64,000 nt of DNA, taken from assembly GCA_947484175.1 (NCBI GenBank), contig CANKOI010000008.1, positions 2,637 through 66,636 of the forward strand, given 5' to 3'. The notes beneath the pieces were generated by a model. It did no database searches and had not been told where the DNA came from. It was given only the letters and a program-made list of their open reading frames with translations. The stretch comes from Deltaproteobacteria bacterium (GTDB taxonomy: Bacteria > Myxococcota_A > UBA796 > SXON01). Position 1 is the first letter of the stretch. Each line of letters begins with the position of its first letter. Shown here one piece after another: positions 53,673 through 63,871 of this stretch. Position numbers and translations under genes: made by a program.

Positions 53673-55402
53673 TCTGGCGTCTCGGCAGCGTAGGGCGACT
53701 GCAGGCACCACACATGCTCGCCGGTTTCCGTGGTGGTCGTCTCGGGCCCCAACGCCACCCGCAAGAGCGTGAGCGTCGTCTCGGCGCGCTCCCGGATGTA
53801 GAACCGCTGGTGCATCACGACGTAGCGTACGCCAAGCGCCGCGAGAGCGCGGCCCGACACCACCAGATCGAGGTCGGGAAGCAGCGGCGGGAGGCGGTCC
53901 AGTCGCCCAGCTTCGGCCACTCGGAGCGCACGAGCAAGGTGGGAGCGTTGCAAGATCTCGGGATCGGGCTCGTTGAGCGAATACACACTCGGACGGCCGT
54001 GGCCGATCTGCCAGTAGTTGTAGATCGCCCGCTCCAAGTTGGGCAGGCCCATGGGCAGGTCGAGCACGGCGCCCGCATGCGGGTCGGCCGCGAGGATCGC
54101 GCTGCTGGCGGGAATTTCGGTGGGCGAGCGGCTCACCGGCCAAGGCGCGGGCGAGCCGAGGAGCAGCTCCGCCGCAAGGAGCCCGCCAACCGGCAGCAGC
54201 CACCGGGCAGGGAGCCGGCGCGCCCCGAGGGTGGCCAGCACCGCCAAGCCCAACTGCACCGGAACCACGAAGCGGAAGGGGTGCGAGATGCGCGCAAAGA
54301 TGGGGAAGGAGTCAAAGAAGAGCAGGAAGGGAAGCGGGATCTTGCGATCGTCGATCGTCGCGTAGTCGCCTGCCACGTAGAGGTAGGGGCCCAGCATCAG
54401 GAGCGCGAAGCAGCCGATCCACAACAGCCAAGGCAGCCGATCCCGCCAGCGCCGTAGCGAGAGTAGGCCCCACCCCGCGAGCGCGACGAGTACCCAGCCA
54501 GCGTACGTGACGATGAGCAGCTCTTCGCCGTGCAGCGCCTTCAGGTCGGGGCTGTACACCTTCCCGGGGCGGAACACCGACACGAGGTCGGTGACGTTGT
54601 GGGTGATGAGCTGCCGCCACACGAAGTCGGGGTCGCGGTTTACGATGGCGTCGGGCCCTTCAAGAGAGATCGCGAGCAGCCAGAGCGCCGGAGCCACCAG
54701 CACGGCCGCCACCAACGCCGCCACGAGGGTGGGAGCGGGCAGCCCGCGCCAGTCCACGCGCTCCCAGCGCGCCACCGCCGCCGAAAACAACAGCACCGCC
54801 GCGCCGAGAACGGCGAACAGGCCGTAGTAATTGTTCGAGAGCATACACAGCGCGCCAGCGAGTGCGGCCACGAGGCCCGTTCGGAGGCTCGGACGCTCCA
54901 CGAGGCGGAGGGTGGCGAGCGCCGTCAAGGCGAGCGTTCCCGCCGTGATGGTCTCCGTGATGCCGTTGTAGGCTTGGGCCAACAGGTGTGGGGAGAAGGC
55001 GAAGGCGGCGGCGCCCACGAACGCGGGGAGGTCCCCTTGGCCGAAGCGTTCGTTGCACACGTGACGACACAAGAGCCACGCCGCGAATCCGGCGAGCCAG
55101 AACCCGACGAACATGGCGAGATTGTAGGCGGCGACGGGGCCGGCGAGCTTCTGGAGGGGAAGCGTCCACAGCGCGCCGAAGGTGTCGATGAAGAACAGCC
55201 GGCTGCTGCCCGGAAAGTGGAGCAGGTCGGTGATGAGCGGCAGGAAGCCCTGCTCCACCTGGGTTCCCACCCACCAGTAGCCCCACACGTGGTTCCACAC
55301 ATCGTTGCCCGGGTGCCCCATCAGGCCCCCGAGCGGATCGATGGCCATCGGCCAGGTGGCCACGACAGCAAAAAAGAAGGTCACGGCGAGGCCGAGCCGC
55401 AT
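53669..55402 (-). CDS. Large polytopic membrane protein, GT-C-like (function unknown)
   Basis: 577 aa with many TM helices. The N-terminal motif is ATWPMAIDPLG...NDVWNHVWGYWWV. A C-terminal soluble domain is present. Confidence 0.75.
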   Translation of the reverse strand: MRLGLAVTFFFAVVATWPMAIDPLGGLMGHPGNDVWNHVWGYWWVGTQVEQGFLPLITDLLHFPGSSRLFFIDTFGALWTLPLQKLAGPVAAYNLAMFVGFWLAGFAAWLLCRHVCNERFGQGDLPAFVGAAAFAFSPHLLAQAYNGITETITAGTLALTALATLRLVERPSLRTGLVAALAGALCMLSNNYYGLFAVLGAAVLLFSAAVARWERVDWRGLPAPTLVAALVAAVLVAPALWLLAISLEGPDAIVNRDPDFVWRQLITHNVTDLVSVFRPGKVYSPDLKALHGEELLIVTYAGWVLVALAGWGLLSLRRWRDRLPWLLWIGCFALLMLGPYLYVAGDYATIDDRKIPLPFLLFFDSFPIFARISHPFRFVVPVQLGLAVLATLGARRLPARWLLPVGGLLAAELLLGSPAPWPVSRSPTEIPASSAILAADPHAGAVLDLPMGLPNLERAIYNYWQIGHGRPSVYSLNEPDPEILQRSHLARALRVAEAGRLDRLPPLLPDLDLVVSGRALAALGVRYVVMHQRFYIRERAETTLTLLRVALGPETTTTETGEHVWCLQSPYAAETPE

Positions 55403-55437
55403 GCCGGGGAGCGTAGCTGGCGGAGTACACTTGGCCC

Positions 55438-56310
55438 ATGAGCTTCTGGGTCTTCGTCGCCTTGGCCTCCGGATGCGCCCTCCCGCCCGAGGCGCCTCCC
55501 GCGGAAGTGGCGGCCGCCGCCGATCTGGACCGCGAGAGCCTGCCGCCCCTGTACCGGAAGCTGTACGACTACGCCTTCTTGCCCGCGGCTCAGGCGAGCG
55601 AGCAGCGTGTGCGGTTGCGGGTTTTTTTGCGGGCGCTCCAATTCGACCTCTACCAGTTGGGGCTGCTCGAAGAACTGCACGGCTTCGCCGGCCGGGAGTT
55701 CAGTTCGGTGGCAGCACGCAATGCAGAGATCACCGGCAGCTACGAGCCGGGGATCGCCGCCGTTCATGATGAGCTCTGGGCCGCCATGGAGCGCGGCGCC
55801 ACCGACGAGGAGCTCGGCCAGATCGGGTTGCGGCTCGACGGGATGAAGCGCCGAGAAACCGAACTGCTGGAGCTGCGCGCCACCTCCGTGCGCACCGTGC
55901 TCGATCAGGAGCGCACCTTTCTGGGCACGCTCACCCCCCGGCAGGACACGATGTTCGCCGACGCGGTGTTCGTGCTCCGCCACCGCCTCGACCCGTGGGC
56001 CAACGCCGGTGACTTCCGCGAGCTGGTGGGCACCGTGTACGTGGCCGGTGAGTTCGGCACGCTCACGCGGCCCACCTACACCCCCGACGAAGACCACCTG
56101 AACATCGGCGGGCTCTGGTCCCCGGAGCCCGAGAAGCTCGCGGGCCCCTACTTCCAAGACGCGCGGCGGGAGATCATCCTCTACATGCTGCTCTTGGAGC
56201 CCGCGCTCCCCGAAGCGCTCGCCGCCGCCCGGGCCGACCGCGCCCGGGCGGCCGCTCCCGCCGCGCCCGCCCCGGCTGTCGAAGTCCCTGCGGAGCTCGC
56301 CGCACCGTGA
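55438..56310 (+). CDS. Hypothetical lipoprotein
   Basis: Lipobox: FVALASGC. 290 aa and helical. The stop overlaps the next GTG start (GTGA at 56307-56310). Confidence 0.7.
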   Translation: MSFWVFVALASGCALPPEAPPAEVAAAADLDRESLPPLYRKLYDYAFLPAAQASEQRVRLRVFLRALQFDLYQLGLLEELHGFAGREFSSVAARNAEITGSYEPGIAAVHDELWAAMERGATDEELGQIGLRLDGMKRRETELLELRATSVRTVLDQERTFLGTLTPRQDTMFADAVFVLRHRLDPWANAGDFRELVGTVYVAGEFGTLTRPTYTPDEDHLNIGGLWSPEPEKLAGPYFQDARREIILYMLLLEPALPEALAAARADRARAAAPAAPAPAVEVPAELAAP

Positions 56311-57392
56311 GTACGCTTCGGAATCGCGCCCGCTGGGCGCTCCTCCTCGCTTCCGGCCCCGCGGCGGCGCTGGCCCAACGCACAGCGGATCCGGCGTGGG
56401 TGGAGGCCACCGTGGCGCGAGGCTGGGGCCTGCGCGTCGCTGCCGCCCTCTCCAGAGTCACGGGAACGGTGTCCTTCTCGATCGGCGAGGTCTGCGTGGT
56501 CGGGCTCGTGGCGGGCGCTGCGGTGGGCATGTGGCGCACCTTTCGACCCACCGACCGCTGGGCACGCGCGCGCCGGGCGCTGCCCTGGGTGCTCGCCACC
56601 GCATCGCTCACCTGGGCGTGGGGAATGGCGACCTGGGGGCTCAACTACAGGCGAGAGCCCATCCGCAAAGCCTTCGGCTACAGCGTGTCGAAACCCACTC
56701 CCGACGAGCTCGGTCAGCTCGGCGCGGCGTTGATCTCCGAGCTCAATGACACCCGCGCCGAAGTCAGCGAAGACCCCTCGGGGGTAGCTCGCCTGGGCGA
56801 CGACATCCCCGACGCCTTCCGCCGCGCCTCCGCCACCTTCGACCGCCTCGGCGAACGGCATGGCTTTCTGGGCGGAAGCTACGCCCCCCCCAAGCCGATC
56901 TTCCTCTCCCCGATCCTCAGCCTTCTCGGAATTGGCGGCGTGTACAACCCGCTCACGGCCGAGCCCAACCTCAATGTGGACATGCCCACCTTTTTTCTGC
57001 CGTTCAACGCCTGCCACGAGCTGGCGCACCAGCGCGGCATCGCCCGCGAAGACGAAGCAAACTTCGTGGGCTGGCTTGCGGCCCACGACGATGCCGGGGC
57101 CGACTTCCGCTATTCGGCCGCACGGTTCGCTTCGCGTCACATCGTCGTAGCCTGGGGCCGGACGAACCAAGCCGAAGCCTGGGAGCTCTGGCAGTCGCGC
57201 AGCGCGGGCGTGCTCCGGGACGAAGCCGCCGTCGACGCTTGGCGCGCCCGCTACGACACGATCATCGCCGACGCTGGCGAAGCCGTGAACGACGCCTACC
57301 TCCGGAGCAACGGCGTTCACGACGGCGTGGAGAGCTACGGGCGCGTAACGGACCTGCTCGTGGCGTGGTGGCGGGCCCGCGAAGGGCTCTAG
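56307..57392 (+). CDS. DUF3810-like membrane-associated putative zinc metallopeptidase
   Basis: It has N-terminal TM helices and an HExxH-type site (ACHELAHQRG). The overall layout resembles the DUF3810 family. Confidence 0.75.
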   Translation: MSTLRNRARWALLLASGPAAALAQRTADPAWVEATVARGWGLRVAAALSRVTGTVSFSIGEVCVVGLVAGAAVGMWRTFRPTDRWARARRALPWVLATASLTWAWGMATWGLNYRREPIRKAFGYSVSKPTPDELGQLGAALISELNDTRAEVSEDPSGVARLGDDIPDAFRRASATFDRLGERHGFLGGSYAPPKPIFLSPILSLLGIGGVYNPLTAEPNLNVDMPTFFLPFNACHELAHQRGIAREDEANFVGWLAAHDDAGADFRYSAARFASRHIVVAWGRTNQAEAWELWQSRSAGVLRDEAAVDAWRARYDTIIADAGEAVNDAYLRSNGVHDGVESYGRVTDLLVAWWRAREGL

Positions 57393-58303
57393 AACCTCGT
57401 CACGTACCCCTTCATCCAGTCCACCTGCCCGCGAACCCCCGCCCCGTACAGCTCTTGCACACGGCGAGTGATCGAGCCGGGGGGGCCCACTTCGCGGCGG
57501 TCCACCTCGCGCACGGGAGTGATCTCCGCCGCAGTGCCCGAGAGGAACACCTCGTCGGCCACGTAGAGCGCGTCGCGACCGAAGTGCATCTCGTGAATCG
57601 GGATGCGTTCGTGCTGGAGGATATCGATCACCGTGCGGCGGGTGAGCCCGCCGAGGATATTCACCACCGGAGGCGTTTTTACGACGCCGTCACGCGCGAC
57701 GAACAGGTTTTCGCCGGTGCCCTCCGCCACATACCCGGCGCCGTCGAGCATGATCGCTTCGTCGTAGCCGTTGTCGTTGGCTTCGTAACGAGCGAGGATC
57801 GAGTTCACGTAGTGCCCGATCACCTTGGCGCGCTGCAGGTTGCTGTTCACGTGGTGACGCGTGAACGTGCTCGTCTGCACACGAATGCCGTTCTTGATGC
57901 CCTCCTCGCCGAGGTACCGGCCCCAGTTCCACACCGCCACCGTGAGATGCACGGTGTTGTTGCGGGCGCCGAGGCCCATGCTCCCCTCGCCGAAGTACAC
58001 GAGGGGCCGAATGTAGGCCTCGGGCATCTCGTTGGCCGCAAGGGTTTCTATACACGCGTCCCGGATCTGTTCCTTCGTGAAGGGGATCTGCATGCGACAC
58101 ATCTTCGCGCTGTCCCAGAGGCGGCGCACGTGTTCGTCGAGCTTGAACACCCCGCCCGCACCGTCCGGCTGCTTGTAGCTGCGAATGCCCTCGAAAACGC
58201 CCAACCCGTAGTGGAGGGTGTGCGAGAGCACATGCACCTTCGCGTCGTCGAAGGGGACCAGCTTCCCGTCCATCCAGATGAATCGGCTTTCGATGCCCAT
58301 CAC
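57389..58303 (-). CDS. ilvE: Branched-chain amino acid aminotransferase
   Basis: 304 aa. Fold-type IV PLP aminotransferase blocks are present: HYGLGVFEGIR, AYIRP, KVIGHYVNSILA, EGTGENLF, GLTRRTVI. Confidence 0.94.
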   Translation of the reverse strand: MMGIESRFIWMDGKLVPFDDAKVHVLSHTLHYGLGVFEGIRSYKQPDGAGGVFKLDEHVRRLWDSAKMCRMQIPFTKEQIRDACIETLAANEMPEAYIRPLVYFGEGSMGLGARNNTVHLTVAVWNWGRYLGEEGIKNGIRVQTSTFTRHHVNSNLQRAKVIGHYVNSILARYEANDNGYDEAIMLDGAGYVAEGTGENLFVARDGVVKTPPVVNILGGLTRRTVIDILQHERIPIHEMHFGRDALYVADEVFLSGTAAEITPVREVDRREVGPPGSITRRVQELYGAGVRGQVDWMKGYVTRF

Positions 58304-59745
58304 TTTGCTCCGATCACGTTGCCGTCTACGTCTACGGGCACCACCAGGAGGCCCAGACCTTCGAGGTCCGGGCGAACCCGGGCGGCGTCTCCTACCACGA
58401 CGAACGTCAGCCTGTCGGGGTCTACCCGCGAGCTCCAGGCCGCCTGCGCCGCAGAGGTCGTCACGGCGCGAGTGCGGCCGAGGTAGCCGCTCACCCAGTC
58501 CTCAGGGAGGCCGTACGTGCGCATCACGTCCAGCTGGCCGAGGAGGTAATCCGGGCTCTCGAAACGCAAGGGCCACCCGCCCACCAGCGCGCCGAGGCCC
58601 TGCGACGTTTCCGCGTCGGTAAGCGCCCGGCCGGCCTCCACCGCGCGCAGCTCCGCCAACAACTCCGCGAGCGCCGGCCCGGTCTTCTCCGTGTGGATTC
58701 CCGATGAGAACGACCAACTCACGCCCGCGAGATCGTAGCCGACACTCGTGCGCGCCCCGTAGGTATACCCCTTCTGTTCCCGGAGGTTCAGGTTGATGCG
58801 CGAGGCGAACTGGCCGCCCATCGCCATGTTCGCCACCACGAGCGCGCTGTAGTCGGGGTCGGTGGGCTGCCCGAAGTAGGCAGCCGCGCGCACCACACTC
58901 TGGGCCGAACCCGGCTTGTCCACGAGGTAGACCACCGACTTTTCCGGGGCAACCGGGGAAGCCGGGCGCGGCTCCGTGGCGGGGGCGGGGCGGTTGAGCG
59001 TAGCGAAGCGGGCGGCGAGGAGCGGCTCCACCTCGGCGAGCGTGATGTCGCCGCCGACGAGCACGAGGGCCCCCTCGAGCGTGACGTTCGCCTTGTGCCA
59101 CGCGACCATGTCGCGCACGGTGATGCGTTTGAGGGAGGCGGGGGTGGCCACCTTTCCCGCGTAGGTGTTGCCCCACAGGCGATGGTTCATCACCTCACCG
59201 GCGATCACCGAGGGGTTGTTGCGCCCCTCCTCAATTCCGTCCACCCACAAGGCACGCCTGCGGTCCCATTCGTCGGCGGGGAAGGTGGGGCGCACCAGCA
59301 CGTCGGCCAGCACATCGAGGGTGGCCTCCAGCCGGTCGCGCAGACAGGTCACCGAAGCGCGGCTCCCATCCGTGCCCGAGCCCGTGCCCAGCTCAGCGCC
59401 CAGCCTTCGCAGCTCGGCGCTGATCTGGAGCGCGGTTCGTTTGCCCGCACCCTCGTTGAGCATGTCCATGGCGGCTTCGGCAAGGCCAGCCTTCTCGGGG
59501 GGCGTTGCGGTGGAGCGCACGGGAAACTCGATCGTCACCGTCACGAACGGCACCTCGTGGTTCTCCACCACGGCGAGGCGGGCTCCGCCAACCTTGCCCC
59601 AAGCCACGGCGGGCGGACTGAACGGCCGCGGCGCTAGGGTTTCGGGCACCATCGGCACGTAGGGCGGCGGGGTTTCCAACGGAGGAGGAGGCGCCACCTT
59701 GGGAGCGCAGGCCAAGGCGAGGAGGAGCGGGAGCAGGTGGTTCAC
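58300..59745 (-). CDS. M16-family peptidase, non-catalytic (no HxxEH) subunit, lipoprotein
   Basis: The GTG at 59745 forms a GTGA overlap with the upstream M16 stop. Lipobox: LLLALAC. It has the M16 fold but lacks the zinc motif. Confidence 0.85.
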   Translation of the reverse strand: MNHLLPLLLALACAPKVAPPPPLETPPPYVPMVPETLAPRPFSPPAVAWGKVGGARLAVVENHEVPFVTVTIEFPVRSTATPPEKAGLAEAAMDMLNEGAGKRTALQISAELRRLGAELGTGSGTDGSRASVTCLRDRLEATLDVLADVLVRPTFPADEWDRRRALWVDGIEEGRNNPSVIAGEVMNHRLWGNTYAGKVATPASLKRITVRDMVAWHKANVTLEGALVLVGGDITLAEVEPLLAARFATLNRPAPATEPRPASPVAPEKSVVYLVDKPGSAQSVVRAAAYFGQPTDPDYSALVVANMAMGGQFASRINLNLREQKGYTYGARTSVGYDLAGVSWSFSSGIHTEKTGPALAELLAELRAVEAGRALTDAETSQGLGALVGGWPLRFESPDYLLGQLDVMRTYGLPEDWVSGYLGRTRAVTTSAAQAAWSSRVDPDRLTFVVVGDAARVRPDLEGLGLLVVPVDVDGNVIGAK

Positions 59746-61040
59746 TTGGCCTCCGGACCGATGGTCAGCACGAGGCGTCGATCCGGCGGCAACCAGGTGG
59801 ACAAGGCCTGATTCACGCCCTCCACCGTGGCGGCCCGGTAGCGGGCGAGGTCGCGGGCGAGGTACCCCGGGTCGTCGGTGCGGGTGACGTAGCCGTTGAG
59901 CAGGTCGGCTTTGCCCTGAATGGACGTGATCGACCCGAAGAACTGCACCTCGTAGGCGGTGCGGCCCAGCTCGAGCTCCGCCTGAGTGATCGGCCGAGTG
60001 CGGGCCTCCGCGAGCACCGCATCGATCGCTCGGACGAGCTCGTCGCCCGTGTGACCGGCCGCGGCCTGCGCCGTGATCACGTAGAGGCTCTCGAGCGCTG
60101 AACTGGATTGCTGGGCCGAGACGTCCTGGGCGATCTGCTGCTCGTGCACCAGCGCCTTGTACAGCCGGCTGTCCTTGCCGCTGGACAGCGCGCTCGAGAG
60201 AAGGTCGAGCTCGGCGTCGGCCGCCGCGTAGAGCGCAGGGGTGTGCCACACCAGCCACACCTTCTCGAAGGGCACGTCGTCGGTGGCGCGCACCCGGCGC
60301 TCCTCCGTGAAGGTCGCGGGCGCCGCCGGGCGCAGGTGTTCCGGCTCCGGCCCACGGGGCACCGCGCCGAAGTACCGGGCGATCAACTCCCGGGCCTCGG
60401 GCTCGTCGAAGTCACCGCTCAGCACGAGCGATGCGTTGTTGGGTAGGTACCACTTTTGGAAGAAGGCGGAGACGTCAGCGAGAGTGGCGGCGTCGATCTC
60501 CTCGTGCTTGCCGATCGTGGCGATGTGGTACGGATGGCCCGAGGGGTAGGCGTTCTGGAGAATCTCCAGCCACGCCTGCCCGTACGGCGGGTTGTCGTAG
60601 TTCTGCCGCCGCTCGTTCCGCACCACATCTTTCTGGTTCTGGAGCTTCTCGGGCGTGAGCGCCGGCAAGAGCCAGCCCATCCGGTCCGCCTCCAAAAAAA
60701 GCGCGAGGGGCAGGTGTTCGCGGGGCAGGCACTCGTAGTAGTTCGTGCGGTCGAGCGTCGTGCTTCCGTTGAGGCGGGCGCCGAGGGGCTGCAGGGGCGC
60801 GAAGAAGTCGTCGTCGGCGTGCTGGCTGCCGTTGAACATCAAGTGTTCGAACAGATGCGCAAAGCCGGAGCGACCGGCCACCTCGTCCTTGCTGCCCACG
60901 TCGTACCATACGTTCACGCATACAAAGGGCACGCTGGCGTCGGCCGAGAGCGTCACCTTCAAGCCATTCGCAAGTTCATACCTTGAGAAGGGAATGGCAG
61001 GATCGCCGGCAAGAGCGATGGATGCGAAGAAAGGGATCAT
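59742..61040 (-). CDS. M16-family zinc metallopeptidase (insulinase/pitrilysin type), catalytic subunit
   Basis: The inverted zinc motif is HLFEHLMFNGS, with a downstream E in NERRQ. 432 aa. Confidence 0.9.
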   Translation of the reverse strand: MIPFFASIALAGDPAIPFSRYELANGLKVTLSADASVPFVCVNVWYDVGSKDEVAGRSGFAHLFEHLMFNGSQHADDDFFAPLQPLGARLNGSTTLDRTNYYECLPREHLPLALFLEADRMGWLLPALTPEKLQNQKDVVRNERRQNYDNPPYGQAWLEILQNAYPSGHPYHIATIGKHEEIDAATLADVSAFFQKWYLPNNASLVLSGDFDEPEARELIARYFGAVPRGPEPEHLRPAAPATFTEERRVRATDDVPFEKVWLVWHTPALYAAADAELDLLSSALSSGKDSRLYKALVHEQQIAQDVSAQQSSSALESLYVITAQAAAGHTGDELVRAIDAVLAEARTRPITQAELELGRTAYEVQFFGSITSIQGKADLLNGYVTRTDDPGYLARDLARYRAATVEGVNQALSTWLPPDRRLVLTIGPEAK

Positions 61041-61108
61041 TCCGCCGCCCTTAGCCTGCTACCCCCGCACCCCGCTCCTGTTCGCCGCGGCTGCGTTAGC
61101 TCCCCGCC

Positions 61109-61909
61109 GTGCTGGCCTGCCCCGAGTGCACCCGACCCTTCCACCAAGGGCGTTGTGATTGTCGGCGCGAGTGGACGGAGACGGGCGGCGTGCCCGACTT
61201 CCATATCGGTGCCCCCGAACGCGACGAGAACGTCGATCTCGCGACTCGCATCCGGGCCTGGTACGAGGAGCGGCCCGCGCCCGGCCTGCGGGCGGACGAA
61301 ACGCCGGACGACGTGTTCGCCGCCGACCCCGTGCTCGCCGCCCTCCACGCCGAGCTGCCACGGCGCGCCCGCGTGGCCGACCTCGGCTGCGGAGGGGGGC
61401 GCGCCGCTGCGGCGCTCGCCGCCGCCGGCCGCGAGGTCGTGGGCATCGACGTCGCCATGACCGGGCTGCTCCATGCTGAATCGCGCCGGCGCGCGAAGGG
61501 AGGGGCCTCGCTCTCGTTCGTGCGCGGCAACCTGCTGCGGCCGCCGCTCGCGCCCGGCACTGTCGACGCCGCCCTGCTTCTGGAGTCGGCCGAGGCCTCC
61601 GGCTCGCCCGAGGGCGCCGTGGCCGCTGCCGCCGCCACGCTGACCCCCCATGGCTACCTCGTGCTCCGCTTCGCGCGCACGCTCACGACCGAGGCTCCCG
61701 GGGCTTCGGCCCACACCGCCGAGGAGGCCCTCGACTGGCTCCGCGCCGCCGGCCTGAGGCCGGTGGGCGCGGAGCCGGCGCTGAGCCCCCTATCGGGAAC
61801 TCGGCCGCTCTTCGGCCCGCACCCGATCGGCAGCTGGCTCGTTCGCCAGCTGCACGCTTGGCGGGCTGGCACCGCGCCACCGCCCCAAACCCTCGTGGCT
61901 CGACGGTAG
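61109..61909 (+). CDS. Class I SAM-dependent methyltransferase with N-terminal Cys-rich zinc-ribbon-like segment
   Basis: GTG start. Cys-rich segment: MLACPECTRPFHQGRCDC. Motif I: VADLGCGGGR. Confidence 0.75.
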   Translation: MLACPECTRPFHQGRCDCRREWTETGGVPDFHIGAPERDENVDLATRIRAWYEERPAPGLRADETPDDVFAADPVLAALHAELPRRARVADLGCGGGRAAAALAAAGREVVGIDVAMTGLLHAESRRRAKGGASLSFVRGNLLRPPLAPGTVDAALLLESAEASGSPEGAVAAAAATLTPHGYLVLRFARTLTTEAPGASAHTAEEALDWLRAAGLRPVGAEPALSPLSGTRPLFGPHPIGSWLVRQLHAWRAGTAPPPQTLVARR

Positions 61910-61919
61910 CCTCCTACGG

Positions 61920-62933
61920 TCAAGAGAAGCGGAGCTGTTTCCGCAGGGCGAGCGCGCGGGCGTGGGTGGGATCGATCTGAAGTGCGGCCTGCACCTCGCG
62001 ACCCGCGTTCTGCAGCAGTTTCAGCTCCACGTAGAGCTCGGCGAGTGCAATCCGGTAAGCCACCTGCTTGGGCTCCTTCTGAACCGCCTTTCGCAGGAGA
62101 GTCAGAGCCTCGCGGCTGTCCTTTTCCACTTGGCGCAGCAACATCGCGAGCTTGGCGTAGGCCACCCCCTCTTCGGGATCACACTCCACGGCCTTGCGGT
62201 ACTGCACCAACGCCTCCCGCGCGTTTCCAAATTGCTCGGCCGTCTGCCCGAGACCGATGAACCCCGCGGCCCGCCCGCGCTTGGCGCCTGTTTGCGCGAG
62301 GCGGAACTTCTCCGCGTACTCTTGGTTTCGCGGGTCGTAGCGCATGGCTAGGTAGAACGAGCTCTCGGCCTTCGCGAAGCGGCCTTCGCCCAGGTCCACC
62401 ACGCCGGCGTCGAAGTAGGTGCGAGCGCGCGCGAACTGCTCCGCCATCTGGCCTTGCAAGCGGGTAACGGCCGGGGGGGCGGAAGCGGCGGGCGCGGACG
62501 GCGCCTGAGGGGGCGCAGCTGGAGAGAGCGCAGCTGGCGCGATGCGAGTCGAGCCGCCCGAAGGCCGGTCTACCCGAACCTCGAAGCCCACGCGCTCGTC
62601 GCGCACCCCCCCCCCGACGGCGACCACGGTCACGCCGCGCCCTCTCAGGTCGGCGTCGTAGACGGTGCGCTTGTTTGCATCGCGGAGCGTCTTGTACGCC
62701 CGCGTGACCTCGACGAAGTTGTTCTCGATTTGCTCGACCTTCGTACCCGCATCCCGAGAAAAAAAGCGGTCGGGATGCCAGTCACGAACGTAGTCCCGGT
62801 AGGCCGTCTCGACATCCTCCCTGGCGGCCCGAGTGTCGAGCCCAAGGAGGCCGTAGAGCGTCCCGCTTTCCGCCTCCCGCTGGGTCGAGTCCAGCCTTCC
62901 GAGCTCGGCCGGCGATAACGGGGCTTTCGACAT
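61920..62933 (-). CDS. J-domain (DnaJ-like) protein with C-terminal TPR repeats
   Basis: J domain: LYGLLGLDTRAAREDVETAYRDYVRDWHPDRF (HPD motif). The C-terminal half has TPR-like repeats. Confidence 0.85.
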   Translation of the reverse strand: MSKAPLSPAELGRLDSTQREAESGTLYGLLGLDTRAAREDVETAYRDYVRDWHPDRFFSRDAGTKVEQIENNFVEVTRAYKTLRDANKRTVYDADLRGRGVTVVAVGGGVRDERVGFEVRVDRPSGGSTRIAPAALSPAAPPQAPSAPAASAPPAVTRLQGQMAEQFARARTYFDAGVVDLGEGRFAKAESSFYLAMRYDPRNQEYAEKFRLAQTGAKRGRAAGFIGLGQTAEQFGNAREALVQYRKAVECDPEEGVAYAKLAMLLRQVEKDSREALTLLRKAVQKEPKQVAYRIALAELYVELKLLQNAGREVQAALQIDPTHARALALRKQLRFS

Positions 62934-62966
62934 CGCCTGCCTTGTAGCCCGGCAGCATCCCGATGT

Positions 62967-63812
62967 TCAAGAGCGGCGTGCGCGTGGATGGGCGGATCGG
63001 TACGCCAGCTGGAGCGCTTCGAGGTCGACCTGCGTGTAGCGCTGGGTGGTGCCGAGCGAGGCGTGACCGAGCATCTCTTGGATCGAGCGGATGTCCGCGC
63101 CGGCCGACAACAGATGCGTGGCGAAGCTGTGGCGAAGCGCATGGGGGTGGACGTCGGGCAGCCCCACCCGCAAGGATTCTTCATTCACCACGGTCCACGC
63201 CGCGCGGCTCGACAGCCTGCCGCCACGTGCGTTGAGAAAAATCGCTCCGGTGGAGATCCCGGCGGTCGTGAAGAGCGTGCGCAGCGCAACGACAGCGCCC
63301 TCGCCCAGCGGCACCACGCGCCCCTTCCCGCCCTTGCCGCGTCGCACCGTCACCAACCCCTCCTCCAGCCGCACGTCGTCCACGTCGAGACCCACCACCT
63401 CCGACACGCGCAGGCCCGAGCCGTACGCCACCTCGAAGAGGGCGCGGTCCCGCGCGCGCGGCGGCCCCTCCACCACCCTCGCGGCTTCGTCCACCTGCAA
63501 CACCCTCGGCAGAGGCTGCTTCACCCGCGGGGCCCGGAGGCGCTCGGCGGGGGAATGCGCCACGAGCCCCTCGCGTTGCGCCCACCGCCAGAAGCCCTTC
63601 GCACAAGAAATCCTGCGAGCCAGACTGCTCCGGACGAGGTCGGCCCGAGCCAGCCAACCGCGGAGGTCGAGGGTGGTGGCAGTCAAGAGCGAGCGCGGAG
63701 AAAGATGTGCTACCAAAGTGAGGAGTTCTGCTTCATACGCACGCAGCGTGTGGGGGGACGCGCCCCGCTCAGCGCGGAGGTGGTCGAGGTAGCTGCCGAC
63801 CGGGTCCGTCAT
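62967..63812 (-). CDS. Tyrosine site-specific recombinase, XerC/XerD family
   Basis: The N-terminal SAM-like domain is [23 protein letters not shown]. Catalytic residues lie in GLRVSE and [12 protein letters not shown]...[13 protein letters not shown]. Confidence 0.88.
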   Translation of the reverse strand: MTDPVGSYLDHLRAERGASPHTLRAYEAELLTLVAHLSPRSLLTATTLDLRGWLARADLVRSSLARRISCAKGFWRWAQREGLVAHSPAERLRAPRVKQPLPRVLQVDEAARVVEGPPRARDRALFEVAYGSGLRVSEVVGLDVDDVRLEEGLVTVRRGKGGKGRVVPLGEGAVVALRTLFTTAGISTGAIFLNARGGRLSSRAAWTVVNEESLRVGLPDVHPHALRHSFATHLLSAGADIRSIQEMLGHASLGTTQRYTQVDLEALQLAYRSAHPRARRS

Positions 63813-63871
63813 GGGAACGATTGTATCCGTCAGGTTGCCACGCCGGGCCCAGTCGGGGTAATCGCCCCGCC

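Noticed and set aside
57388-57393. The convergent DUF3810 and ilvE genes share their stop codons in the palindrome TCTAGA (TAG on both strands).
   Set aside because: It is real in the sequence but most simply a coincidence of convergent gene packing. No functional inference is justified.
62967-63812. The tyrosine recombinase as an integrase marking a mobile element.
   Set aside because: It has canonical XerC/XerD length and motifs. It is flanked by core genes (topA, the J-domain protein). There is no adjacent tRNA, direct repeats or phage or transposon genes.
63835-63862. A sigma-70-like TTGCCA-N16-GGTAAT upstream of topA, which would imply a near-leaderless mRNA.
   Set aside because: The match is weak (the -10 is 4/6). 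Promoter consensus for this lineage is uncertain, and there is no supporting evidence.
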